A stretch of 64,000 bases of DNA from NCBI GenBank assembly GCA_016699875.1, contig CP064989.1, positions 776,788-840,787 of the forward strand, written 5' to 3'. The position numbers and the translations under genes were made by a program. Shown here piece after piece: positions 51,648-60,469 of the stretch (its first letter is position 1; each line of letters opens with the position of its first letter). Source of the DNA: Candidatus Moraniibacteriota bacterium (lineage in GTDB: Bacteria > Patescibacteriota > Minisyncoccia > Moranbacterales > UBA1568). The notes under the pieces are model-generated. The model was not told the origin of the DNA. It saw only the letters and a list, made by a program, of their open reading frames with translations, and did no database searches.

Positions 51648-53339
51648 ATGTCTTTGCGTAGAAGTGCCCTTTCTTTGTTGATAGGACTTTTCTCGCTGGA
51701 AGCGCTAGCGGGACAACCGAGTCTTAAACTCCCATTTGAAGCTGGAGTGACTATTCGTGTGTCTCACGGGTACTGGTCGTTGTCAGGGAATGATCCATCT
51801 GATAGTCATGCAGCGCCTTCGGATCGTTTTGCACTTGACTTTGTTGGCTCTGGCGGTAGCGGTTGCGAGATATTTGGAACATCTGTTGTAGCAGCTCAGA
51901 CAGGCGTAGTTTCAAAGGTTGTTCGGGGTAAGTCCGCCGTATTTCCGGTTTCGAGGAGGGGGATTGCAGATGGCTATGGAAACTATATTATCCTCGATCA
52001 CGGAGACGGCTACTTTACTCGCTATGCTCATTTGAGCGAAGTAGATGATAGGGTCCAAGTTGGCGCCCCTGTAATTCAGGGGTATTCTATTGGAAAAGTT
52101 GGTGACACTGGATATGCAGTTGGATCTGTCTGCTCAAATAGTCATGCAGGTGTCCATCTCCACTTTGCTTTATATAAGGATGGGAATGGTAAAAGTCCAG
52201 AACCAATGAGTGGATATGTTGGCTTCCTGAGCGGGAACTCGTATACGTCTGACAATGGTCAGAGTGCTTGGGCGAAAGCGAAGACATCAACATTGGTTGA
52301 TGAGAACCGCTGGATATACTGGAAAATGAATGCGAGTGACCCTACATGTACCGCTGGTTCAAATCATGTTATCGATGATATGGATAGGGGTATCTGCATT
52401 CAAGTGTCGAGCGAAAGTTGCCCGGAGTCTGCATTCTTTGTGACCGTAGACGATGTGTTTGGGGGATCGTTTGAGGATCAGTCCGCATCTCCCCCTATCA
52501 CCGGCGGCAAACATTCCGGCGACCTTCCCAACCTCATCGTTCACGAATTGTATCTCGTGAAAGATGCTGACAGCAACAGTCCACATCTCTCCCAAATCCA
52601 TATCGGAGAGCGAAGCTACTGCAATATCCAGGTGAAAAACACCGGAGAGGCCGGAGCTTGGGACGAGTGGGCGAATCGGTGCTATCTGTCCAAGGGAAAC
52701 TATCGCGACCACGATCCCGACAATCTTGGACACGAGAGTATGGACGACTTGGCGGCGGGACAATCCCGCCGGGTTTATCAAATCATCCCTCCTTTCGAAT
52801 ATCCGGGAACCTTCAACATCACCGCGTGCGCGGATACGGATGGAAGCAGTGGGGACAAGGCGGTTACGGAATCCGACGAAGGCGACAATTGCTATGACGA
52901 GGTTCGGTTCACGGTGGTGAGCGATCCCGATGTGGCGGTGACGGGCTTGAGTCTGAATACGACCGTATTGGAAGCGACTGTCGCCAATATCGGGGAGAAT
53001 TTCGGTCCGGATGTTGTCCGTATTTCCTACGCTGTTGATGGTGCTTTTGTTGGATTTGATCAAGTGAAGAGGGAAAACCTCAAAGGAGGCATGTCCAAAG
53101 TTGAAAGCGTCGATATATCCCAAGTCGTTGCCGAAACCGGCACACATACGGCTCGGGCGTGTATCGACTATGACAGTCAGATTGTAGAGGTGAATGAGGT
53201 GAATAACTGCAAAGATCTGACATTTGTCGTTCAAGGCGCGTCCGTTCCTGCAACCGGTCCGGATCCCGATGCGGTACCAACAAAGACGCCTTCGACCAAG
53301 CAGGCGAGTCCGGCGGCTTTGCAACTGCTATTCGATTGA
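51648..53339 (+). CDS. Secreted M23-family (LytM/lysostaphin-type) peptidoglycan endopeptidase fused to two CARDB-like domains
   Basis: 563 aa; signal peptide; M23 motifs GNYIILDHGDGYFTRYAHL and HLHF; two C-terminal ~110-aa repeats with CARDB pattern (VKNTGEAGA...ESDEGDNCY; VANIGENFG...VNEVNNC). Confidence 0.8.
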   Translation: MSLRRSALSLLIGLFSLEALAGQPSLKLPFEAGVTIRVSHGYWSLSGNDPSDSHAAPSDRFALDFVGSGGSGCEIFGTSVVAAQTGVVSKVVRGKSAVFPVSRRGIADGYGNYIILDHGDGYFTRYAHLSEVDDRVQVGAPVIQGYSIGKVGDTGYAVGSVCSNSHAGVHLHFALYKDGNGKSPEPMSGYVGFLSGNSYTSDNGQSAWAKAKTSTLVDENRWIYWKMNASDPTCTAGSNHVIDDMDRGICIQVSSESCPESAFFVTVDDVFGGSFEDQSASPPITGGKHSGDLPNLIVHELYLVKDADSNSPHLSQIHIGERSYCNIQVKNTGEAGAWDEWANRCYLSKGNYRDHDPDNLGHESMDDLAAGQSRRVYQIIPPFEYPGTFNITACADTDGSSGDKAVTESDEGDNCYDEVRFTVVSDPDVAVTGLSLNTTVLEATVANIGENFGPDVVRISYAVDGAFVGFDQVKRENLKGGMSKVESVDISQVVAETGTHTARACIDYDSQIVEVNEVNNCKDLTFVVQGASVPATGPDPDAVPTKTPSTKQASPAALQLLFD

Positions 53340-53360
53340 CGAGAAGAGGAGTAAGAAGAG

Positions 53361-53672
53361 ATGAAGAAATACATCGTTGCCTTTCTGGCAACGTTTTTAA
53401 CCGTTGCCAATGCGGCTCAGTCGGCGGAGATTATGTTCAACCCGAGCGCCCTCTGGTACGATGTGACGAGCGAAGGCGTCTTGGAACTCTGGGGCGTTCC
53501 GGAAGCGAACGGGCAAGCTCTGCAGGCGAACCCGGACTATGACTGGCCGTCGGTCAATACCGTTTCCCTCTGGACAGGCATGCTTCTCAAAGCGCAAGAA
53601 ATGGGGCTGAGTGTGCCAGTCGGGTATGATCCGGGAAATCTGGATATCTGGTATATCGGAAAGCCGAGGTAG
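53361..53672 (+). CDS. Small secreted hypothetical protein
   Basis: 103 aa; lipobox-less signal peptide MKKYIVAFLATFLTVANA|AQ; 21 nt downstream of M23 gene. Confidence 0.5.
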   Translation: MKKYIVAFLATFLTVANAAQSAEIMFNPSALWYDVTSEGVLELWGVPEANGQALQANPDYDWPSVNTVSLWTGMLLKAQEMGLSVPVGYDPGNLDIWYIGKPR

Positions 53673-53828
53673 TAATGGCTTGAAATGAAAGAAAAGAATC
53701 AATGGAATGTTTTTGTGGTCTTTGACCCTGTCGGTATGGCGGGGTCTTTTATTTTTGGAGATTGGGGAGCTATTGCTACATGTGGGAGAATTTGTGCAGC
53801 AGGCTGTCGGGAGCTGTCGTGCGGTTGC

Positions 53829-53857
53829 TTGACAAGAGCAAGAACTTCCCGTAGTAT
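53829..53857 (+). promoter_or_regulatory. Sigma70-type promoter TTGACA-17-TAGTAT for rpsL-rpsG-fusA operon
   Basis: ttgaca 53829-53834, 17-nt spacer, tagtat 53852-53857; ~70-nt leader to GTG start. Confidence 0.65.
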
Positions 53858-53932
53858 CGGGAAGCAAGCGAGTTGTCGCTTTTTTGTTCGTATTGCTCCG
53901 GAATATCTTATTTGTCTTTAAGTTTTACTCCT

Positions 53933-54349
53933 GTGCCGACACTGAATCAGCTGGTCCGCCGTCCGCGGGTCTCATCCACCAAGAAGTCGAAGTCGCCCGC
54001 GTTTGGGTTTGTGATGAATACGCTTAAGAATCATCCGACCAATTCAACGGGTCCCTACAAGCGCGGGGTGTGTCTCAAAGTTTCGACGACAACGCCGAAG
54101 AAGCCGAACTCCGCTCTCCGCAAGATCGCGCGCGTCCGCCTGACCAACGGTATGGAAGTGACGGCATATATCCCTGGTATCGGACACAATTTGCAAGAGC
54201 ACTCCATTGTGATGATTCGCGGCGGTCGCGTGAAAGATCTTCCGGGGGTGCGCTACCATATCGTACGGGGCGTGCTTGATGCCTCAGGTGTTGCCGATCG
54301 CAAGCGCAGCCGCTCGAAGTACGGTGCAAAGCGTCCGAAGGAAGCCTAG
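53933..54349 (+). CDS. rpsL: 30S ribosomal protein S12
   Basis: GTG start giving [12 protein letters not shown]...; [31 protein letters not shown]; ORF track's upstream Met extension (53873) is implausible. Confidence 0.92.
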   Translation: MPTLNQLVRRPRVSSTKKSKSPAFGFVMNTLKNHPTNSTGPYKRGVCLKVSTTTPKKPNSALRKIARVRLTNGMEVTAYIPGIGHNLQEHSIVMIRGGRVKDLPGVRYHIVRGVLDASGVADRKRSRSKYGAKRPKEA

Positions 54350-54425
54350 TTTTTTACTTGCAATGCAAAGCGTGGAATTTTTTGGAAATTCGCGATTTAT
54401 ATAACTTGAACTGTGTCTCTTTTTT

Positions 54426-54893
54426 ATGCCACGACGGAAACGACAATTTGATAAGACCTGGAAAATTGATGCTCGCTATGGAAATCCATTGGTTGGGCAT
54501 TTTATCGGCATGATCATGTGGGATGGCAAGAAAACTGTGGCGGAAAAGATTATCTACGATTCATTTGAGATTATCCGTGAACGGACCAAGAAAGGCGGGC
54601 TTAATGTGTTTGAACAGGCGGTCAAGAATGTTTCCCCGCTTCTCGAACTTAAGAGTCGCCGCGTGGGAGGCGCTAATTATCAGGTGCCGATCCCGGTGTC
54701 CGGCGATCGCCGGCAAATGCTCGCGATGCGCTGGCTTCGCGATGTGTGCCGCAAGAAGAAGGGGAAACCGATGGCGGAACGTTTTGCTGATGAATTTCTC
54801 GATGCTGCCAATAAGACCGGTCTTGCTATGAAGAAGCGCGAGGATGTCCACCGCATGGCGGAAGCCAACAAGGCCTTTGCACACTTTGCCTAG
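54426..54893 (+). CDS. rpsG: 30S ribosomal protein S7
   Basis: 155 aa; MPRRKRQFDK...typical S7. Confidence 0.93.
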   Translation: MPRRKRQFDKTWKIDARYGNPLVGHFIGMIMWDGKKTVAEKIIYDSFEIIRERTKKGGLNVFEQAVKNVSPLLELKSRRVGGANYQVPIPVSGDRRQMLAMRWLRDVCRKKKGKPMAERFADEFLDAANKTGLAMKKREDVHRMAEANKAFAHFA

Positions 54894-54966
54894 TTTTTAC
54901 CACCTTATTGTTTTTACCTATCTTTTGTTCTGACGCGCTCTAACGAATCTTTAACATCTTCATTGT

Positions 54967-57057
54967 ATGCCTCGCACGACACCGCTCAAAGACTATCGCA
55001 ATATCGGAATTATCGCGCATATCGATGCCGGGAAGACGACCACGACTGAGCGCGTGCTTTTCTATACGGGTATTACGCACAAGATTGGCGAAGTGCATGA
55101 GGGCGAGGCGACGATGGATTGGATGGAACAGGAGCGCGAGCGCGGCATCACAATTACGAGTGCCGCGACGACGTGCTATTGGAAGAATCACCAAATCAAT
55201 ATTATCGACACGCCGGGGCACGTTGATTTTACAGTGGAAGTGGAGCGATCGCTTCGCGTGCTCGATGGCGGTGTCGTCGTATTCGACGGTAAGGAAGGGG
55301 TTGAGCCGCAGTCGGAGACGGTGTGGCGGCAGGCGGACAAATACAGCGTGCCTCGAATTTGTTTCATTAATAAGATAGACAAAGAAGGTGCTGATTTTGA
55401 GGCAGCGCTCTCTTCCATCTGGAATCGACTGACGCCGAATGCGGTTGCAGTCCAATATCCGATCGGCGTTCGATCGGACTTTTCCGGCATTGTAGATTTG
55501 ATGGAGATGAAGGCATACACCTTTGAAGGGTCTATGGGGGAGAAAGTGGTGTCGATCGACATTCCGAGTGATTTGATGGAAACGGTCAAGAAGTGGCGCG
55601 AAACCATGGTGGAGAAAATATCCGAAACGGACGACGTGCTTATTGAGAAGTTCTTGGGAGGCGAAGAGATTTCTGTCGACGAGCTTAAGGTGGCACTTCG
55701 TAAGGCGGTGATTTCCACCAAACTTATCCCGGTGCTTGTGGGTACGGCACTCCGAAACAAAGGCGTTCAATTGGTGCTGGATGCAGTGGTGGATTATTTG
55801 CCGTCGCCGCTTGATATTCCTCCGGCACAGGGAACAGATCCGAAGTCCGGTGCGGAGATGACGGTGAAGGTTGACGATGCCGCTCCTTTTTCGGCGCTTG
55901 CTTTCAAGGTAGCGACAGACCCTTTTGTGGGACAGCTTACTTTTTTCCGGGTGTATTCCGGCGTGGTGAAGGCGGGATCGTACGTGCTGAACTCTACCAA
56001 GGGTGAGAAGGAGCGTATCGGCCGTATCTTGCAGATTCACGCGAATCATCGCGAAGAAATCGAAGAAATATCCGCCGGTGGTATCGGCGCGCTTGTCGGC
56101 ATGAAAGCGACGACGACCGGCGATACGCTGTGTGATCCTGACCGCCCGGTGATTCTTGAATCGATTACTTTCCCGGAGCCGGTGATTGATATTGCAGTCG
56201 AACCGAAAACAAAAGCTGATCAAGAAAAAATGGCATTGGCACTCAAAAAGCTTGCCGAAGAGGACCCGACCTTTCGTGTGCATACGGATGAGGAGAGCGG
56301 TCAGACAATTCTTTCGGGTATGGGCGAATTGCATCTCGATATCATCGTGGATCGTATGCGCCGCGAGTTCAAAGTTGATGTGAATGTCGGTCGTCCGCAG
56401 GTGGCCTATCGCGAGACGATTAAGGTGACGGCGGAAGCTGAGGGAAAATATATCAAGCAGTCTGGCGGTCGCGGACAGTACGGACACTGTTGGATTCGCC
56501 TCGAGCCGCAGGAGGCGGGGAAGGGCTATGAGTTTGCCAGTGAGGTAAAGGGCGGTGTCGTGCCTCAGGAGTATATTAAACCGATCGATAAGGGCGTGCA
56601 GGAGGCAATGTTGAATGGCGTGCTTGCCGGGTATCCGGTTGTTGATGTGAAGGCGGTGGTGTATGACGGTTCCTCACACGATGTTGACTCGTCGGAAGCG
56701 GCATTCAAAATCGCTGGGTCACTTGCTTTCAAAGAGGCAATGCGTCGGGCGAAGCCGATTATTCTCGAGCCGATTATGAAGGTGGTGGTTATCACGCCGG
56801 AAGCCTTCATGGGCGACGCAGTTGGCGATATCAACGCGAAGCGCGGCATTATAAAAGAGATGAACGATCGAGGCGAGGGGAATGCTCGCGTGAAAGAAAT
56901 TGTTGCCGAAGTGCCGCTTGCGTCGATGTTTGGCTATGCGACATCGTTGCGCTCCATGTCGCAGGGACGAGCGAGTTCCTCGATGGAATTCAGTCACTAC
57001 GCCGAAGTGCCTTCCAATGTTTCCCAAGAAATAATGGGCGGCGAGAAAAAGAAATAA
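54967..57057 (+). CDS. fusA: Elongation factor G
   Basis: 696 aa; G1 [13 protein letters not shown]3 DTPGHVDF, G4 NKID; five-domain length. Confidence 0.95.
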   Translation: MPRTTPLKDYRNIGIIAHIDAGKTTTTERVLFYTGITHKIGEVHEGEATMDWMEQERERGITITSAATTCYWKNHQINIIDTPGHVDFTVEVERSLRVLDGGVVVFDGKEGVEPQSETVWRQADKYSVPRICFINKIDKEGADFEAALSSIWNRLTPNAVAVQYPIGVRSDFSGIVDLMEMKAYTFEGSMGEKVVSIDIPSDLMETVKKWRETMVEKISETDDVLIEKFLGGEEISVDELKVALRKAVISTKLIPVLVGTALRNKGVQLVLDAVVDYLPSPLDIPPAQGTDPKSGAEMTVKVDDAAPFSALAFKVATDPFVGQLTFFRVYSGVVKAGSYVLNSTKGEKERIGRILQIHANHREEIEEISAGGIGALVGMKATTTGDTLCDPDRPVILESITFPEPVIDIAVEPKTKADQEKMALALKKLAEEDPTFRVHTDEESGQTILSGMGELHLDIIVDRMRREFKVDVNVGRPQVAYRETIKVTAEAEGKYIKQSGGRGQYGHCWIRLEPQEAGKGYEFASEVKGGVVPQEYIKPIDKGVQEAMLNGVLAGYPVVDVKAVVYDGSSHDVDSSEAAFKIAGSLAFKEAMRRAKPIILEPIMKVVVITPEAFMGDAVGDINAKRGIIKEMNDRGEGNARVKEIVAEVPLASMFGYATSLRSMSQGRASSSMEFSHYAEVPSNVSQEIMGGEKKK

Positions 57058-57077
57058 CCGGCATTGTTTTCGAAATC

Positions 57078-57110
57078 AAACCCCCGTATCTAAACGGGGG
57101 TTTTTTGTTT
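57078..57110 (+). terminator. Rho-independent terminator after fusA
   Basis: cccccgt-atctaa-acggggg + tttttgttttttt. Confidence 0.8.
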
Positions 57111-57126
57111 TTTTCTTCTTTAAGGC

Positions 57127-58434
57127 ATGGTATACTTCAAGTTGATGAATCAAATTTTGTTCCGCGGTCGTTTGCGGAGGACAATTTTCTCAGTGGTTTC
57201 TTTAGTGTCGCTTCTCTCGAATGCGGCGTTGCCGTTTGTGGCGGTGGCGCAGGATGATGTTGAAGATACGCAGGATGACATACGTCGAGTTGAGAAAAAA
57301 ATCGAAGCGGCAACAAAGAAGAAGGCGACTTTGGAGCAGAATCTCAATCAGGTAAATGCCTCGCTTGGTGTCGCCATAGCGGCGGTGCGGAAGACGCAGG
57401 CGGCTATCCTTGATACGAAAGACTCTATTACGCGAGCAGCCCTGGAAATCGAATTGACGGATCAACAGATCGCACTCAAACAGGCAGTGCTTGCGGATTT
57501 GGTGCGCGAGGCGTATTTGCGCGGATCGGATTCGCCGGCAGACATTGCTCTGGGTGATGCGACGTTGTCGGAAATGCTCGATACGTCGACGCAATTTGCG
57601 ACGATAGGGTCGCGGATCGGGAGTATCTTGGACGATATGGAGCGCCTCAAAGAGGATCGGGAAACAGAGAAGACAGCGCTTGAAGCAAAGAAGAAAGAAT
57701 CCGAAGAAGCGCTCGCCCAGAAAAATGCTGAGAAAGCGGTGCTTGCGCAAAATCAATCGGAGATTGCTCAAGATGTAGCTGAACAGACGGCAACCATAGA
57801 GGAGTTGCAGAAGAAGCTTGCTGAATTGGAAAGTGATTTGAATACGCTGACAGGCAAATCTTACAATGCGAAAGATATCAAGGAGGCGGTGGAATTTGCG
57901 AGTGATAAGACCGACGTGCCCAAAGGCGTGCTTTACGGATTCCTCAAGATGGAGACGAATCTCGGTGCGAATACCGGGCAGTGTACATACAAAGAGGTGG
58001 AGAAGGTTGCTGTGGCGCGATATAAAAAATACGGTTCGAAATACAAATCATCTATTGCGCTTCTTTACGAGCGGCAGGAGATTTTTTATGATCTTGTTGA
58101 TGATCTGGGATACAGTAAGAATAAGAAAGTATCCTGCTCGCCGAGCGGATATATCGGGCAGGGTGGGGCAATGGGCGTATCTCAGTTTATGTCGGATGTG
58201 TGGCAGGGGTATTCTTCTTCGGTGGCATCGAAGACGGGACACAAGATTCCGGATCCGTGGAATTTGACCGATGGCGTGATGGCAATGGCTCTCAAGCTTC
58301 GCAAAGCAGGGGCAACTTCCGATAAGGAATCGGTTATCAAAAAAGCGTCGATAAATTACCTCGGTACCTTCTACAGTAATTACTACAATGGTATTGTCTA
58401 CTGGTCGAAGAATTATAAGAAGCTCTTTGATTGA
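57127..58434 (+). CDS. Secreted coiled-coil protein with C-terminal lysozyme-like / lytic transglycosylase (SLT-type) domain
   Basis: 435 aa; signal peptide; ~200-aa coiled coil (EnvC-like); C-terminus has LKMET (catalytic-Glu-like), GAMGVSQFM (GAxGLMQ-like) and DPWNLTDGVMAMALKL (DPxNIxaGayYL-like). Confidence 0.55.
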   Translation: MVYFKLMNQILFRGRLRRTIFSVVSLVSLLSNAALPFVAVAQDDVEDTQDDIRRVEKKIEAATKKKATLEQNLNQVNASLGVAIAAVRKTQAAILDTKDSITRAALEIELTDQQIALKQAVLADLVREAYLRGSDSPADIALGDATLSEMLDTSTQFATIGSRIGSILDDMERLKEDRETEKTALEAKKKESEEALAQKNAEKAVLAQNQSEIAQDVAEQTATIEELQKKLAELESDLNTLTGKSYNAKDIKEAVEFASDKTDVPKGVLYGFLKMETNLGANTGQCTYKEVEKVAVARYKKYGSKYKSSIALLYERQEIFYDLVDDLGYSKNKKVSCSPSGYIGQGGAMGVSQFMSDVWQGYSSSVASKTGHKIPDPWNLTDGVMAMALKLRKAGATSDKESVIKKASINYLGTFYSNYYNGIVYWSKNYKKLFD

Positions 58435-58564
58435 TATCTGTTCGGCGAAAGCAAAATGTGTTTTGTCGAGGGTTTGAAGATTTTGTAGCGAAAGAGGATT
58501 TGCAAAGATACGGTGGAAATTTTTTGGGAGGAGTTAGTGCGGATATTTCCTGCGGTTTGCACAC

Positions 58565-60325
58565 ATGAAAATAAAAAATCAACAACTTAAGGAATTTATT
58601 CTCGACTCTGATTTGGTGACGGTGGAGCCGCTCGAAGTTGCATTTCAGGAGGCAGAGCAATCGAAGGTGCCACTGGGCACAGTGCTTTTGGCAAAGAAAC
58701 TGCTTTCCGAGACCGATTTGCAGAAACTGTACGCGTATATTTTAGGCATCCCTTTCGTTGATCTTGCAAAGGAGGCGATTCCGACGGATATTCTCCATAT
58801 TATCCCGGAGCCAATTGCCAAGAAATCACATGTGGTCGCTTTTGAAAAAGCGGGGACGAATTTGAAAGTAGCAATGCTCAATCCGGACGATCTTCAGACC
58901 ATAGACTTCATTAAGAAGAAGACGGGTCTGAAAATCGTTCCGTGTCTTACGACGGATGAGAGTATCAATCAAGCGCTTCGCCAATATGAAAAGAGTCTCA
59001 AGGCGGAATTTGGCGATATTTTGAGTACCGACAATGCGGTAGATGGAGAGTACAGCGCTGAAGCCGATCCTGAACAGAACCTTGAGAAAGTGGCGCAAGG
59101 TATACCGGTAATTCGTGTTGTGGATACACTCATTAAGCATGCGATATTGCAGTCGGCGAGTGATATTCACATTGAGCCCGAGGAAAAAGAAGTGCATGTC
59201 CGTTATCGCATAGACGGTATTTTGCATGATGCTATGACTTTGCCGCGAGATATTGCCGCCGGTATTGTTGCGCGTATCAAGGTGCTCTCCAATTTGAAGT
59301 TGGATGAACACCGATTACCGCAAGACGGTCGATTCAAATTGGAGAGCGAGGAGCGGCGCATCTCGTTTCGTGTGAGCATTCTCCCGGTTTTCGATGGTGA
59401 AAAGATCGTGATGCGTCTTCTCGATGAATCCTCGAAGGGACTTACTCTGGAAAAGATGGGGTTTGCTGGAGTTCCATTGGAGATTGTTCACCGCGAAATC
59501 AAGAAGCCGAACGGGATGGTGTTGGTGACGGGACCAACCGGAAGCGGGAAGACAACGACGCTGTATACGGTGATGGATATTCTGAATACAAATGAGGTGA
59601 ACATCAGCACTGTAGAAGATCCGGTAGAATATCGCATGCCACGGGTGAATCAGACGCAAGTAAATGCGAAGATTGGCATGACGTTTGCGGCGGCGCTGCG
59701 GGCACTCTTGCGTCAAGATCCGGATATTATCATGGTTGGGGAAATTCGCGATGAAGAAACGCTTGAAATCGCCCTCCATGCCGCTATGACAGGACATCTG
59801 GTTCTCTCGACGCTCCATACCAATAGTGCTGCTGCGGCAATTCCCCGCATGATCGACATGGGCGCGGAGCCCTTCCTGATTGCTTCGACGACCAATGTTG
59901 TCATTGCGCAGCGCTTGGTGCGTCGGCTCTGCGTCGAATGTCGAGAAGAGTATCATATGAAGAAGGCCGAAGTGACAACGCTTGGAAAAACATTCAATCT
60001 GGATGAGATTATGGTATCTCTCAAGAGAGAACCTCAAATGAAGGAAAAGATTGCAAATATCTCCAACTGGGAAGATATCCTGTTTTTCCGCGCCAAAGGA
60101 TGCGATCAATGTGGCGGGGAGGGCTATCACGGTCGAATTGGCATCTATGAGGTCTTCGAAATGACGAGCAATATTCGCCGCCTCGTTATGGAATCGTCAA
60201 CCTCCGAAGTCCTCGAGAAAGCAGCGTGTGATGCTGGTATGCTTACTATGGTGGAAGACGGCTTCCTCAAAGCCATACTTGGAGCTACCTCAGTAGAAGA
60301 AATTCTTCGTGTGACCAAAGAATAA
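58565..60325 (+). CDS. pilB: Type IV pilus assembly ATPase PilB/GspE family, full length (second paralog)
   Basis: 586 aa; N-terminal GSPII_E_N domain, Walker A GPTGSGKTTT, Asp/His boxes, tetracysteine CVEC...CDQC. Confidence 0.9.
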   Translation: MKIKNQQLKEFILDSDLVTVEPLEVAFQEAEQSKVPLGTVLLAKKLLSETDLQKLYAYILGIPFVDLAKEAIPTDILHIIPEPIAKKSHVVAFEKAGTNLKVAMLNPDDLQTIDFIKKKTGLKIVPCLTTDESINQALRQYEKSLKAEFGDILSTDNAVDGEYSAEADPEQNLEKVAQGIPVIRVVDTLIKHAILQSASDIHIEPEEKEVHVRYRIDGILHDAMTLPRDIAAGIVARIKVLSNLKLDEHRLPQDGRFKLESEERRISFRVSILPVFDGEKIVMRLLDESSKGLTLEKMGFAGVPLEIVHREIKKPNGMVLVTGPTGSGKTTTLYTVMDILNTNEVNISTVEDPVEYRMPRVNQTQVNAKIGMTFAAALRALLRQDPDIIMVGEIRDEETLEIALHAAMTGHLVLSTLHTNSAAAAIPRMIDMGAEPFLIASTTNVVIAQRLVRRLCVECREEYHMKKAEVTTLGKTFNLDEIMVSLKREPQMKEKIANISNWEDILFFRAKGCDQCGGEGYHGRIGIYEVFEMTSNIRRLVMESSTSEVLEKAACDAGMLTMVEDGFLKAILGATSVEEILRVTKE

Positions 60326-60469
60326 GCTGTTTTTTTTATTTTTGTTTTGGTGTGGTAAAATTGGGCGTACCCGTGCAAACAGGCCATTTCTCTTTACAGA
60401 ATCGCGATTCTTTGAAAAAAGTGGAGAGAGTGGTTCGTATTCAAATCTAAATGTTATCGTGATGATCCT

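Noticed and set aside
53685-53921. ORF 53685..53921+ (78 aa, Cys-rich) upstream of rpsL
   Set aside because: It contains the rpsL promoter (53829-53857), and rpsL clearly starts at GTG 53933. It is probably non-coding leader/promoter DNA.
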